Notes under the pieces: model-generated | Seen by the model: only the letters and a program-made list of their open reading frames with translations | Told to the model about the DNA's origin: nothing | The model's database searches: none | Shown: piece after piece, positions 10,249 to 20,807 of the stretch | How positions within the stretch are numbered: position 1 is the first letter of the stretch | How the letters are laid out: every line of letters begins with the position of its first letter | Program-made: the position numbers and the translations under genes | From: an uncultured delta proteobacterium | GTDB taxonomy: Bacteria; Desulfobacterota; Binatia; DP-6 | Direction: 5' to 3' | DNA length: 64,000 nt | Assembly: GCA_963815115.1 (NCBI GenBank) | Contig: CAWFFN010000009.1 | Span: 672,001-736,000 of the forward strand

Positions 10249-11037
10249 TCAGCGCCGCGTCTGCGCGATGAGACGCAGGAGACCGTCGTGCAGCACCCCG
10301 TTCGACGCGATCATGCCCGGTCGCAGCGGCGACGGCTGGTTGAAGACGAGCGGGCGGCCATCGAGCCCGGTGACGCGTCCGCCGGCTTCCTCGACCAGCA
10401 ACGATCCGGCACAGATGTCCCACTCGTTCTTCGGCGTCAGCGTGAAGGTCGCGTCGCCGTGTCCCGTCGAGAGCTCGGCGAGCTTGAAGGCGACGCTGCC
10501 CGTGAGCACCACCTTGCAGTGCGGCTTGAACGCGTCCCACTCGCCCCGCTTGTCCTCGGAGCGGCTCGCGAGCACCTCGGCAGCGGCGACGTCACGCTGC
10601 GTGCTGACGTGTGCCGGGTCGCCGTTCACCGTCGTGCCCTGGCCGCGCACCGCGCAGTAGACGCGCTCGGCCGCGGGGTTGAGCTCGACCGCGACGATCG
10701 GCCGGCCGTCCTCGACCAGCGCGATGCAGACGCAGAACTCCGGAATCTGCTGGGTGAACTCCTTCGTGCCGTCGAGGGGGTCGACGATCCAGACCCTGCG
10801 CCGCTCGAGCCGCGCCGTCGAGTCGGCGGTCTCCTCCGACAGCCAGCCGTCCCCGGGAAACGCGCGCGAGATCATCTCGTGGATGCAGGAGTTCGACTCG
10901 CGGTCGGCGGCCGTGAGCGGATCGTCGTGGCCCTTCATCTCGACCGCCAGGTCGGTCTTGTAGTGCCGGCGGATGATGGCGCCGGCGGCGCGGGCCGCCT
11001 CCAGCGCCACGTCGCGCTCGCGCCCGAGCCCGCTCAC
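10249..11037 (-). CDS. Inositol monophosphatase family / CysQ-like 3'(2'),5'-bisphosphate nucleotidase
   Basis: LSEE, WIVDPLDGTKEF, EWDICAG motifs. Confidence 0.9.
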   Translation of the reverse strand: MSGLGRERDVALEAARAAGAIIRRHYKTDLAVEMKGHDDPLTAADRESNSCIHEMISRAFPGDGWLSEETADSTARLERRRVWIVDPLDGTKEFTQQIPEFCVCIALVEDGRPIVAVELNPAAERVYCAVRGQGTTVNGDPAHVSTQRDVAAAEVLASRSEDKRGEWDAFKPHCKVVLTGSVAFKLAELSTGHGDATFTLTPKNEWDICAGSLLVEEAGGRVTGLDGRPLVFNQPSPLRPGMIASNGVLHDGLLRLIAQTRR

Positions 11038-11158
11038 TCTTTCGGCTCCTTCATGCCAGCCATCGCCGATTCCGTAGCAAGTCGGTCCGGATTTTCAAAG
11101 CCGGCGCGCCATGGCCTCGTCCTTGACGCACGCGCACCGAGCCACTACGCATGCGGCG

Positions 11159-11617
11159 GTGCGCATCCTCGTCCTGCTGCTCGCGACCGTCGGTGGCGTC
11201 GGCTACGTCCCGATGGTGCCGGGCACCATCGGCTCGCTGGTCGCGCTGCCCCTGCTGCCGGTCCTGGCGGAGCTCCGTGCGCGCGCGCCGCTCGGCGGCT
11301 GGATCGCGGTCGCGCTGCTCCTCGCCGTCTCGGTGTGGGCCGCGGACCGTGCCGACCGCCTCCTTCCGGGACACGATCAGGGCTGCATCGTGATCGACGA
11401 GGTCGCCGGCATGGTCGTCGGCGGGCTTTTCGTACCCGGCACGTGGGGCGCCGCCGTGCTCGTCCTCATCCTCTTCCGCGTCCTCGACGTGCTGAAGCCG
11501 TGGCCGGCGAACCTGATCGACCGCCGCGTCCACTCGGGGCTGGGCGTCGTGGGCGACGATCTCGTCGCCGGCGCCTACGCCGGCGTCGCGGCGCGCCTCG
11601 TCCTGGCGGTCGCATGA
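11159..11617 (+). CDS. pgpA: Phosphatidylglycerophosphatase A
   Basis: PGTIGSL, IVIDEVAG, FRVLDVLKPWP, GVVGDDLVAG; lies upstream of cinA. Confidence 0.92.
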   Translation: MRILVLLLATVGGVGYVPMVPGTIGSLVALPLLPVLAELRARAPLGGWIAVALLLAVSVWAADRADRLLPGHDQGCIVIDEVAGMVVGGLFVPGTWGAAVLVLILFRVLDVLKPWPANLIDRRVHSGLGVVGDDLVAGAYAGVAARLVLAVA

Positions 11618-12888
11618 TCGAGCGCGCGGCCATCCTCTCGACCGGCGACGAGCTCACCACCGGGCGCATCCTCGACTCGAACGCGAGCTGGATCGCCGAC
11701 AAGCTCTTCGAGATCGGCGTCGACGTCGTCTGCGTGCTCACGGTGGGCGACTGGCCGGAGCGGCTCGCATGGGCGTGGCGCCAGGCCCTCGCGCAGGCGG
11801 ACGTGGTGATCTCGACGGGGGGCATCGGGCCCACGGCCGACGACCTCACCAGCGAGACGGTGGCCGGCGTGCTGGGCGTCCCGCTGGTCGAGGACTCCGC
11901 GTCCGCCGATCGCATCAGACGCTTCTTCGCGGCCAGCGGACGGCCGATGCCCGAGAACAATTTGAAGCAGGCCCTTCTCCCGGCGGGCGCCGTCGTGGTG
12001 CCGAACGCTCTCGGGACCGCACCCGGCTACCGCGTCGCGCACGCCGGGCGCACGGTCTTCGTCCTGCCCGGCGTGCCGCGCGAGATGAAGCCGATGATGG
12101 GGGAGACCGTGCTGCCGTGGCTGCGGGCGCAGCGCGGCGGCGACGTCTACCTGGCACGCACCTTCCAGACCTTCGGGGTCACCGAGTCCGGGCTGGACGA
12201 GCTGGTGGCGGGCGTCGTCGATCCCGCCGAGGGCCGGGTGTCGTTTCGCGCCAGCTTTCCCGAGGTGTCGGTTCGCGTCGTGGCGCACGGCGAGCCCGAG
12301 GTGGCTGCGTCGCGCCTGGCGGCGGTGGGCGACAGGCTGCGGGCGGCGATCGGCCCGTACTGCTACGGCGAGGGTGCGGTCACCATGGAGGAGACGGTGG
12401 GGGCACTGCTGCGCGAGCGCGGTCTCACCGTCGCCACCGCGGAGTCGTGCACGGGTGGTCTGGTCGCGCATCGCCTGACCAACGTTCCGGGCAGCTCGGC
12501 GTACGTGCGCGGTGCCGTGGTGGCGTATGCCAACGACGCCAAGCGCTCCCTGCTCGGCGTGTCGCAGGCGACGCTGGAGGCGCACGGCGCGGTGAGCGAG
12601 GAGACCGCGGCCGAGATGGCCGCCGGCGCCCGGCGCGCCCTCGGGTGCGACCTTGCCGTCTCGACGACCGGGGTCGCCGGACCCGACGGCGGCACGTCCG
12701 AGAAGCCGGTCGGGACCGTCTGCCTGGGGTTGGCCTCGGCGGACGGCACGGTTGCGGCGCGCTACCAGCTGTGGGGCACGAGGGACTGGGTGAAGCTCCT
12801 CGCCTCCCAGGTGGCGCTGGAGTGGATCCGCCGGCACCTCCTGGGGCTGCCGGTCCGCGAGCTGGCCCTGTTCCGGCCGAGGCGATAG
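11614..12888 (+). CDS. cinA: Competence/damage-inducible protein CinA (MoCF-like + PncC domains)
   Basis: STGDELTTGRILDSN, GGIGPTADDLT, LPGVPREM, AESCTGG, GAVSEETA, TGVAGPDGG. ATG 11614 overlaps the pgpA stop. Confidence 0.95.
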   Translation: MIERAAILSTGDELTTGRILDSNASWIADKLFEIGVDVVCVLTVGDWPERLAWAWRQALAQADVVISTGGIGPTADDLTSETVAGVLGVPLVEDSASADRIRRFFAASGRPMPENNLKQALLPAGAVVVPNALGTAPGYRVAHAGRTVFVLPGVPREMKPMMGETVLPWLRAQRGGDVYLARTFQTFGVTESGLDELVAGVVDPAEGRVSFRASFPEVSVRVVAHGEPEVAASRLAAVGDRLRAAIGPYCYGEGAVTMEETVGALLRERGLTVATAESCTGGLVAHRLTNVPGSSAYVRGAVVAYANDAKRSLLGVSQATLEAHGAVSEETAAEMAAGARRALGCDLAVSTTGVAGPDGGTSEKPVGTVCLGLASADGTVAARYQLWGTRDWVKLLASQVALEWIRRHLLGLPVRELALFRPRR

Positions 12889-12903
12889 CCCGCGAGCTCG
12901 TTT

Positions 12904-12927
12904 TAACCTTCCGCAGGTCCGGGCGTC
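12904..12927 (+). promoter_or_regulatory. ECF-sigma-type promoter 1
   Basis: TAAC-N16-CGTC, followed by an AGAAAGGAG RBS. Confidence 0.7.
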
Positions 12928-12954
12928 TTCTGTAGAAGAAAGGAGACCCTGACC

Positions 12955-13158
12955 ATGTGGACTCGCAACCTGCTCGCTGCCCTGGCCGCTCTGACGCTGT
13001 CGGCCACCCTGGTCCAGCCTGTGCCCGTGATGGCCGCCACGCATCACAAGCATCACGCGGCGCACCATAAGCACCACAAGTGCAAGTGCCCCTGCCCGTG
13101 CAAGCATCACCACCACAAGCACCACACGCATCACCATAAGGCCAAGAAGGCCGCCTGA
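12955..13158 (+). CDS. Secreted His/Lys-rich peptide 1 (with CKCPCPC)
   Basis: Strong RBS, Sec-type signal peptide, mature part of about 40 aa with 17 His and 4 Cys, ends AKKAA. Confidence 0.85.
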   Translation: MWTRNLLAALAALTLSATLVQPVPVMAATHHKHHAAHHKHHKCKCPCPCKHHHHKHHTHHHKAKKAA

Positions 13159-13269
13159 GGGGTGAGGCGCCGCCTCGCGTGCTGGCGCCGGCGGCTCGGC
13201 ATCTCCGGGGGCGACCGACCCGTGAGTTCGCGCGGTTCCGGGCCGCGGCGATAGTCCGCGCGCCCGTTT

Positions 13270-13294
13270 TAACCTTCCGCGGATCCGGGGCGTC
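13270..13294 (+). promoter_or_regulatory. ECF-sigma-type promoter 2
   Basis: TAAC-N17-CGTC, followed by an AGAAAGGAG RBS. Confidence 0.7.
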
Positions 13295-13326
13295 TCCCGG
13301 GTAAGATAAGAAAGGAGAACCTCCTG

Positions 13327-13539
13327 ATGAACGGTTCCAAGCTGAAGGCCGCGCTGGGCGCCCTCGCCCTCTCAACCTCCCTCGCTGCTTCGCCCGTGTT
13401 GGCGGCGGAGACAGTGCACCATCATCACACGCATCATCACTATCATCATCACGGCAAGAAGGCGTCCCACAAGTCCCACAAGAAGCACCACAGCCACAAG
13501 AAGCACGCGCACAAGCACGCGGCCAAGAAGGCCGCCTGA
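13327..13539 (+). CDS. Secreted His/Lys-rich peptide 2
   Basis: Strong RBS, signal peptide ending VLA-A, mature part of about 44 aa with 18 His, ends AKKAA. Confidence 0.85.
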   Translation: MNGSKLKAALGALALSTSLAASPVLAAETVHHHHTHHHYHHHGKKASHKSHKKHHSHKKHAHKHAAKKAA

Positions 13540-13576
13540 GCGGCGCCGCGCCGCCTCGCGTGCTAGTGCGGGCGGC

Positions 13577-14104
13577 GTGGACGACGCATCGCTCGTCGCC
13601 GGCACGCTCGCCGGGCGCCAGGAATGTTTCGAGGTGCTCGTCGAGCGGCATCAGCGCAGCATCCATGGGCTGGCGCACCGGTGGTTGGGCGATCACGCGG
13701 CAGCCGACGAGGTCGTGCAGGCCACCTTCGTGCAGGCCTACACGCACCTCGTCGACTTCCGCGGTGAGGCATCATTCAGGAGCTGGCTCTGTGGGATCGC
13801 GCTCAACCAGGCCCGTAGCCTCCAGCGCGCCCGGCGCCGCGAGCGCTCGGTACCGCTCGATGAGGTCCCCGAGGACGCCCTCCCACAGGTCGGCGAGCCG
13901 TCTGCGGGAAATGAAGCCCGCGATCGGCTCGTTCTCCTCGTTCAACGCCTGCCGCCGCGGCAGCGCGCCGTGGTCACCCTTCGCGTCGCGGCCGACCTTC
14001 CCTTCCGGGAGATCGCCCGGCTCGAGGGTATCAGCGAAAATTCCGCGAAAGTGAGCTATCATCACGCCGTGACCCGACTCCGACAATGGATGGGGCGGGG
14101 TTGA
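13577..14104 (+). CDS. ECF RNA polymerase sigma factor
   Basis: Region 2 ADEVVQATFVQAY...FRGEASFRSWLCGIALN; region 4 LPPRQRAVVTLR...FREIA...AKVSYHHA. Confidence 0.93.
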   Translation: MDDASLVAGTLAGRQECFEVLVERHQRSIHGLAHRWLGDHAAADEVVQATFVQAYTHLVDFRGEASFRSWLCGIALNQARSLQRARRRERSVPLDEVPEDALPQVGEPSAGNEARDRLVLLVQRLPPRQRAVVTLRVAADLPFREIARLEGISENSAKVSYHHAVTRLRQWMGRG

Positions 14105-14688
14105 TGTGGCGGTGGTTGACATGCTGGCGGCTGCGAGGCCGCCTGGTCGATCTCGCCTCGGGCGCTCTGCCTGCCGCCGAGCGAACGCCTGTCGAGCTGC
14201 ACGTGGCCGGCTGCGCCCGGTGCCGTGACGCGCTCGCGGCGCTGCTCGAGGTGCCGGCCGCGCTCGGGTCGGAAGACCCGCCGGCGCTCGGCGAGGAGTT
14301 CTGGCAGGACCAGCGTCGGGCGATCATGCGGACCGTCCGCGATCTCCCGCCACCGGCCCGCGCCAGGCGGTGGTGGCTCCCGCTGGATCGGATCCCGAGG
14401 GTGGGGCGGCGGCCGTGGGTCACCTGGGCGCCCGCACTCGTGGCGGCGACGGCCGTTCTCGCGGTGGTGACGCTGCGAACCGAGATGCCATGGCGCGTTC
14501 CCGCAACTCCGCAGCAGGTCGACCGCCTGGACGATCCCGCGCTCCTCTCCCTGTCCGACCTGGCGGGAGACTCCGTCACCGATCCCGGCCTGGGCGTCGA
14601 CGTGGTGTCGAATGATCAGCCGCTGCCCGAGCTGTCGGACGAGGAGCTCGATGCCCTGTCCCAGCTGGTCGGCGGGCACGGGAGGTAG
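14104..14688 (+). CDS. Zinc-binding (ZAS, zf-HC2) membrane anti-sigma factor
   Basis: N-terminal Cys plus HVAGCARC (HxxxCxxC), single TM (WAPALVAATAVLAVV), short acidic periplasmic tail; overlaps the sigma stop. Confidence 0.85.
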   Translation: MWRWLTCWRLRGRLVDLASGALPAAERTPVELHVAGCARCRDALAALLEVPAALGSEDPPALGEEFWQDQRRAIMRTVRDLPPPARARRWWLPLDRIPRVGRRPWVTWAPALVAATAVLAVVTLRTEMPWRVPATPQQVDRLDDPALLSLSDLAGDSVTDPGLGVDVVSNDQPLPELSDEELDALSQLVGGHGR

Positions 14689-14700
14689 TCCCTGCGGGTC

Positions 14701-15195
14701 GTGGCGGCGAGGCTCGGGTTGGCGCTGGCGCTGCTGGCCGCGGCGACGGTGCGGGCCGCGTCCCCCGCGCCGGCCCAGGATCGTGCCCGGACCTATCTCA
14801 TGATGCGGCTGGTCGATGCCCTCGACCTGCCCGACGACAAGGCACTCGCCCTGCGCGCCATCTTCCGCAAGGCCGACGAGCGCCGCGTGGAGCTGATCGC
14901 GAAGCGGCAGTCGATCGACAAGCAGCTGCGCGCGGCCCTGTCCCGTCCCGACAAGGATCAGGCCGAGCTGACGAAGCTCGTCGCGGAGGCCACCTCCGTC
15001 GATCGTGACCTCGCTTCGGTGGCGGAGGACAGCTTCCGGGAGGCGCAGCAGGGCCTCAGCGTGGAGCAGCAGGCGAAGCTGGTGCTGCTGCGGCGCGAGC
15101 TGCAGGGACAGGTGCGCGACGCCGTCCGCCACCGGCTGGGACAGCGGGGCGGCAAGCCGCCCGAGCACGAGGCGGGCACGAAGCCCCGCCGCTGA
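14701..15195 (+). CDS. Periplasmic helical Spy/CpxP/ZraP/CnrX-like protein
   Basis: Signal peptide; LDLPDDK...long helices...LSVEQQAKLVL (LTxxQ-like motif). Confidence 0.7.
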   Translation: MAARLGLALALLAAATVRAASPAPAQDRARTYLMMRLVDALDLPDDKALALRAIFRKADERRVELIAKRQSIDKQLRAALSRPDKDQAELTKLVAEATSVDRDLASVAEDSFREAQQGLSVEQQAKLVLLRRELQGQVRDAVRHRLGQRGGKPPEHEAGTKPRR

Positions 15196-15205
15196 GTCGC
15201 CGGGC

Positions 15206-15802
15206 GTGGCCCGCGCCGCGCAGAGCGTGCGCTGCTTCGTTGCCGTCGACCTGTCCGACGAGGTGAGAACGGCGCTCGACGCCGTGCAGCGCCGCTTGCG
15301 GTCCAGCGCGCCGCGGGCGGATGTGCGCTGGGTAGCCTCCGCGGGAATGCATCTCACCCTCAAGTTCCTCGGCCAGGTCCCCGAGGCAGGGCTCGCCGGG
15401 ATCCACAGCGCGCTCGCCGACGCCGTCACGCTCGCCACGGCGATCCCGCTCGCGTGCCGGGGCCTCGGGGCGTTCCCCGGTCTCGCCCGCCCGCGCGTCC
15501 TCTGGGCCGGGCTGACGGGCGGCGTGAGCGAGCTCGGCCGGCTCGCCATCGCGTGTGAGCGCGTCTTCGAGCCCCTCGGATTCGCGCCCGAGGAGCGTCC
15601 GTTCCGCGGCCACGTGACGCTCGCCCGAGTGCGCTCGCCGCGAGGGTTCGGTCCGATCGCCCGTGCCGTCGAGGCAGCCACCGATCTGGACTTCGGCGCC
15701 TGGACGGCCACCGAGGTCGTCCTCTATCGCAGCCATCTGCGGCCGACCGGATCCGTCTACGAGGCGCTCGAGCGGGTGCCGCTCGCCCCGATCGTGGCCT
15801 GA
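15206..15802 (+). CDS. thpR: RNA 2',3'-cyclic phosphodiesterase (2H family)
   Basis: RCFVAVDL and two HxT motifs (HLTLKF, HVTLAR); lies upstream of recA. Confidence 0.92.
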   Translation: MARAAQSVRCFVAVDLSDEVRTALDAVQRRLRSSAPRADVRWVASAGMHLTLKFLGQVPEAGLAGIHSALADAVTLATAIPLACRGLGAFPGLARPRVLWAGLTGGVSELGRLAIACERVFEPLGFAPEERPFRGHVTLARVRSPRGFGPIARAVEAATDLDFGAWTATEVVLYRSHLRPTGSVYEALERVPLAPIVA

Positions 15803-15904
15803 ACGTGCTCCGAGGAAAGGCAGCGGTGCGGCTGGAGACGCGTCGGAGAGGGGAGTAGAGTACGCACATCGTGGACGGCACCCGGGTGCGGGGGAGGACG
15901 TGAC

Positions 15905-16992
<1,088 letters not shown>

Positions 16993-16996
<4 letters not shown>

Positions 16997-17463
16997 GTCC
17001 GCGGCGCCGCACGAAGAAGTCCGGGGTTCGGCCGCGGCCCGATCCGACGCCGCTCGACGTCGCGTCGCGCCTTCTCGCGCGAACCAGCCTCACGGAGGCG
17101 GCGCTGCGCGACCGCCTCGAGCGCAGGGGCTACCAGCCCGAGACGGCGGCACGTGCGGTCGCGCGCTGTCGGAAGCTCGGGTACGTCAGCGACGAGCGCC
17201 TGGCGTTCGACCGGGCTCGCGTGCTCCGCGTGCGCGGAGCGGGAAGCCTCAAGATCGCCGACGATCTCCGCGGGCGCGGGCTCGCGGAGGCGCTGATCGT
17301 CGCTGCCGTCGAGGCGTCGCTGGAGGGGGAGTCCGAGGTGTCGTGGGCGCGGCGCGTGCTGGAACGCGCGGGCGAGCCGCGGGGTGCACGGGCCTGGCGA
17401 CTGCTCGCGTCGCGTGGCTTCGGCGAGGAGCTCATCGCGGAGCTCCTCGGCGACCCGGGCTGA
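16993..17463 (+). CDS. recX: Regulatory protein RecX (probable CTG start)
   Basis: Follows recA; [50 protein letters not shown]. Confidence 0.85.
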
Positions 17464-17486
17464 CGCCGTCGCACCACCCGTGCCGT

Positions 17487-20400
17487 TCAGAACTGCCAGC
17501 TGACCGCGACCCTCGGGTCCGGCGTGTACGAGCAGAAATAGCCGGTTCGCACCGACGCGCTGAGGTGCTGTCCGAGCGCGGGACTTCCGGCGGAGATCTT
17601 CTTCACGACCGCGCCGATGGTCCGGCTCACATTGACGCGCGCCCGCTCGGCGGCCGAGGCTGCTTTGCGGCTTCGCCCACCGAGGCCCACGGCGCGCGCC
17701 AGCTCCTCGGTGAGGAAGTCGATCTCGTGCTCGGCACGGGCGGCGCGCTCGATGTCGTTGAAGCGCTGCGCCTCTTCCAGCGTCTCGCGCAGGTCTGCCA
17801 GGCGGCGCTTGTAGGCCACGCGCGCGGCCGGATCGAGGATCTCGCCGGCGTCGCCGGCCGGCGCCCGGGCGCCCGGTCCTCCCGCCTCCTGGCCGCTCGT
17901 GAGATCGAGGACGTGGAATTCCTGGCCCGGGTGGCGCAGCAGGGTGTGCAGGAACGCGAGCCCCTTGGTGTCGTTCAGCTGGAAGCGCTCGGCGCCGTAG
18001 CCGACCTGCCAGCAGTCGCTGTCGCGGGCGAGCACTGCCTCCACGGATCTCCCGGCCGGCGGAGCCGGGCGGGCAGGCTCCTTGCCCATGCCCGCGGGCG
18101 GCTCTGCCAGCTTGGAGCGCAAGCGGGTCATGCCGCACGCCTCGGCCGTCTCCCGCGCCGCGCCGAGGAGCATTCTCGCTCTCTCGCGATCTCCCGGCTC
18201 GTCGCGCGCGAGCAGGAGCCGCGCATACTCGTGCTGGGACCTGGCGAGCGCGGCCTGTGCCCCGATGCGCGCGTTGGTCACCAGGGCGGCCTCGTGATGC
18301 CCGACCGCGCGCCGCATGTCTCCCAGCGTCTCCGCGAGGAGCGCGAGGTAGCGATGTGCCGACCCGAGGCATCCGGGCGAGTACACCGAGACGACGAGGT
18401 TGCGCTCGGCGAAGGGCTCGAGCAGACGGTACACCGTGCGCGCGGAGGGGGCATCAGCGAGCGCGGCGGCGGCCTGCGCGAGCCACGCGAGCGAGACCGG
18501 ATAGAGGAAGTCACGCCGGACGGCGGCGAAATCGTCGGGCGCCAGCGCATCGACCAGGGCGCGCGTCTCCCCGAGCCGCCCGGCATCGGCGAGCACCACG
18601 GCGAGCACGCAGCGCCACGCGGGAACCGCGGGGAAGTCGGCAATCAGGTGGCGGATGGACGCTTCCAGGCTGGCGGCATCCCCGGTCTCGATGCGGCACA
18701 GGAACGCCTGGACGGTGAACACGTGGAGGGCGCCGGGATCGCTCGCGTCGCGCCGGATGGCGAGGGCTTCGGCGGCGAGGCGGGCACCGTCGTCGAAACG
18801 GCCGGCGAGGATCGCCAGAGAGGCGCGATGGACCGTCGCGTGCCACACCCACTCGGACAGATGGGTGCGCTCGGCGTCGTGTCGCATGCGCTCGATCTCC
18901 TCGCCGGCCTCCGTCATGCGGCCCAGCTCCAGGAGGGCGAGGGTGCGCGACAGCCGGCTCAGATGGATCGCCTCCTCGAAGCCCACGGTCTCGGCGGCGG
19001 TGCGGGATTCGTCGGCGAGGGCCAGCCGCTCCGACGGGGTCCCGGGACCGACGAGGAGGAGCTGGCGGCTCAAGAGGGCCGTGGCGAGCGCGACGGGATC
19101 CTGTCCCCGGCGCGCGAGATCGAGCGCCTCGACGGCGGTCGCGAGGCAGCGCTCGCGCTCGGGCGAGAAGTAGAGCGCCTGCGCCAGGAGTGCGAGGAGC
19201 AATGCGCGCGGGGATCCCCGGACGTCGCCCAGCGCGGTCAGCGCGGTCTCCAGCAGCGAGACCGACACCGGGTCGGGGGCGCCCGAGAGCGGGCTCGCCT
19301 GCGCGAAGCGCATCACCGCGACGGCGAAGGTCATCTGATCCCCGAGCGCGCGGGCGCGGCGGGCGGCCTCCTCGAAGGCCTGGCGGGCGCGCAGGTTGCG
19401 GCCGGCGCGCCAGGCGACGTCGCCGAGGCCGAGCCACACCTGGAGGCGCCGGCGCTCGTCGGGCGCTTGCAGGGCGAGTGCCGCCAGCGCCCGCTCGTAG
19501 TGCGCCATCGCATCGTCGTAGGCGCCCACCGTCGCCGCCTGCTCCGCCGCGCGCACGGCGTACTCCACGGCCTTCGCCGCCATGCCGAGCGGCGCAGCAC
19601 GGCAGTGGTGACGCGCCAGCTCGGTGAGCGGTGGGTCGGAGTCGGCACCGCGGAGCGCCTCGAGCGCCACGGCGACGCGCTGGTGCAGCCGCGCGCGCGC
19701 GGCGGGAAGCAGCTCGCCGTACAGCGTTTCACGCACCAGCGCGTGCGCGAAGCGGAAGCGTCCCGCCGACGGGCCCTCCTCGGCGAGGCCCGCGGAGGTG
19801 GCGGCGGCGAGGCGGCCGAGCACCTCCTCGGGTGCAAGGCCCGTGGCTTCTCGGAGCAGGAGCGTGTCGAACTCGCGACCGACGACCGCTGCGAGCTCGA
19901 GCAGCTCCCGATCCTCCGGCGCCAGCGGCTCGAGCCGCCGGCGCAGCGTGGCACGGACGCTCTCCGGAAGCGGCAGGGACTCGGGCAGCATCGCTTCGTC
20001 GTCGAGATGACCCTCGCCGCGGGCGACGCGCAGCACCTCGTCGAGGAAGAACGGGTTGCCGTCGGTCAGCTCGTGGAGCCTCGAGACCAGGGAGGGCGGC
20101 GGGGGCGCCGCGGTGACGCGCGTGACGAGGACCTCCACCGCCGCGCGATCGAGACCGCGCAGCTTGATGCGCTCGCCGGCTTGCACGGCGTCCGTCAGGG
20201 CGCGCGGGGCTCGGCGCGGCTCGTCCTCACGACACGTGGCGACGAGCAGGAGCCGCGCGCCCCGGAGCTCGCGGACCACGAAGGCGAGCAGCGTGAGCGA
20301 CGCCTCGTCCGCCCAGTGCAGATCCTCGAGCACGACGAGGAGCGGCGCCCGTCGCGTGGCTCGCCGCAGGAACCCGGCCACCGCGTCGAGTACGCGGAAG

Positions 20401-20807
20401 CGCGCCTGCACGTCGCTGCCGTCGAGCGCGGCGGGAGCGATCTCGGGCAGCCGCGTCCGCACGCCGGGTACGAGGTGCGCGAGCACGGGCCCGTCGTCGG
20501 CCAGCTGCTCGCGCAGCGCCTCGACCTCGGCGGCGGCGGCGTACTCGTCGATGGCGCGAGCCCAGGGCCAGTAGCTGGGCGCGCCGATCTGCTCGGGCGC
20601 ACGTCCCCAGACGACCCGGCCGTCCGGCAGACCTGCGCGACCGATGAACTCCTCGGCGGTCCTGGTCTTTCCGATTCCCGCTTCGCCCAGCAGCACGAGG
20701 AAGCGGGGCCGTCCCGAGCTCGCGTCTCGAAGCCGCGCCTCCAGGAGCTCCAGCTCGCGCTCGCGGCCGACGAACCCGGGCTCGCTGGCGTGGCGCGGTT
20801 CGATCAT
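17487..20807 (-). CDS. STAND-type AAA ATPase/TPR regulator with ERARVNV C-terminal domain
   Basis: FVGRERE, Walker A GEAGIGKT, Walker B LEDLHWAD, GNPFF, FAHALVRE, helical repeats, C-terminal ERARVNVSRTI...VRTGYFCSY. Confidence 0.85.
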   Translation of the reverse strand: MIEPRHASEPGFVGRERELELLEARLRDASSGRPRFLVLLGEAGIGKTRTAEEFIGRAGLPDGRVVWGRAPEQIGAPSYWPWARAIDEYAAAAEVEALREQLADDGPVLAHLVPGVRTRLPEIAPAALDGSDVQARFRVLDAVAGFLRRATRRAPLLVVLEDLHWADEASLTLLAFVVRELRGARLLLVATCREDEPRRAPRALTDAVQAGERIKLRGLDRAAVEVLVTRVTAAPPPPSLVSRLHELTDGNPFFLDEVLRVARGEGHLDDEAMLPESLPLPESVRATLRRRLEPLAPEDRELLELAAVVGREFDTLLLREATGLAPEEVLGRLAAATSAGLAEEGPSAGRFRFAHALVRETLYGELLPAARARLHQRVAVALEALRGADSDPPLTELARHHCRAAPLGMAAKAVEYAVRAAEQAATVGAYDDAMAHYERALAALALQAPDERRRLQVWLGLGDVAWRAGRNLRARQAFEEAARRARALGDQMTFAVAVMRFAQASPLSGAPDPVSVSLLETALTALGDVRGSPRALLLALLAQALYFSPERERCLATAVEALDLARRGQDPVALATALLSRQLLLVGPGTPSERLALADESRTAAETVGFEEAIHLSRLSRTLALLELGRMTEAGEEIERMRHDAERTHLSEWVWHATVHRASLAILAGRFDDGARLAAEALAIRRDASDPGALHVFTVQAFLCRIETGDAASLEASIRHLIADFPAVPAWRCVLAVVLADAGRLGETRALVDALAPDDFAAVRRDFLYPVSLAWLAQAAAALADAPSARTVYRLLEPFAERNLVVSVYSPGCLGSAHRYLALLAETLGDMRRAVGHHEAALVTNARIGAQAALARSQHEYARLLLARDEPGDRERARMLLGAARETAEACGMTRLRSKLAEPPAGMGKEPARPAPPAGRSVEAVLARDSDCWQVGYGAERFQLNDTKGLAFLHTLLRHPGQEFHVLDLTSGQEAGGPGARAPAGDAGEILDPAARVAYKRRLADLRETLEEAQRFNDIERAARAEHEIDFLTEELARAVGLGGRSRKAASAAERARVNVSRTIGAVVKKISAGSPALGQHLSASVRTGYFCSYTPDPRVAVSWQF

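Larger units (their letters stand above)
12832..13570 (+). repeat. Diverged tandem duplication, period about 365 bp (cinA tail + promoter + His-rich gene + 3' flank)
   Basis: 12832 cggcacctcctggggctgccgg...gcgatagcccgcgagctcgttttaaccttccgc aligns with 13197 cggcatctccgggggcgaccga...gcgatagtccgcgcgcccgttttaaccttccgc. Both units end gccaagaaggccgcctgag...gcgccgcctcgcgtgct(g/a)g. Confidence 0.85.

Noticed and set aside
12955-13539. His-rich peptides as RiPP precursors
   Set aside because: They carry ordinary Sec signal peptides, and no modifying enzymes or peptidase-transporters are adjacent.
15803-15904. SOS box upstream of recA
   Set aside because: No convincing palindrome and no match to the lexA promoter spacer.
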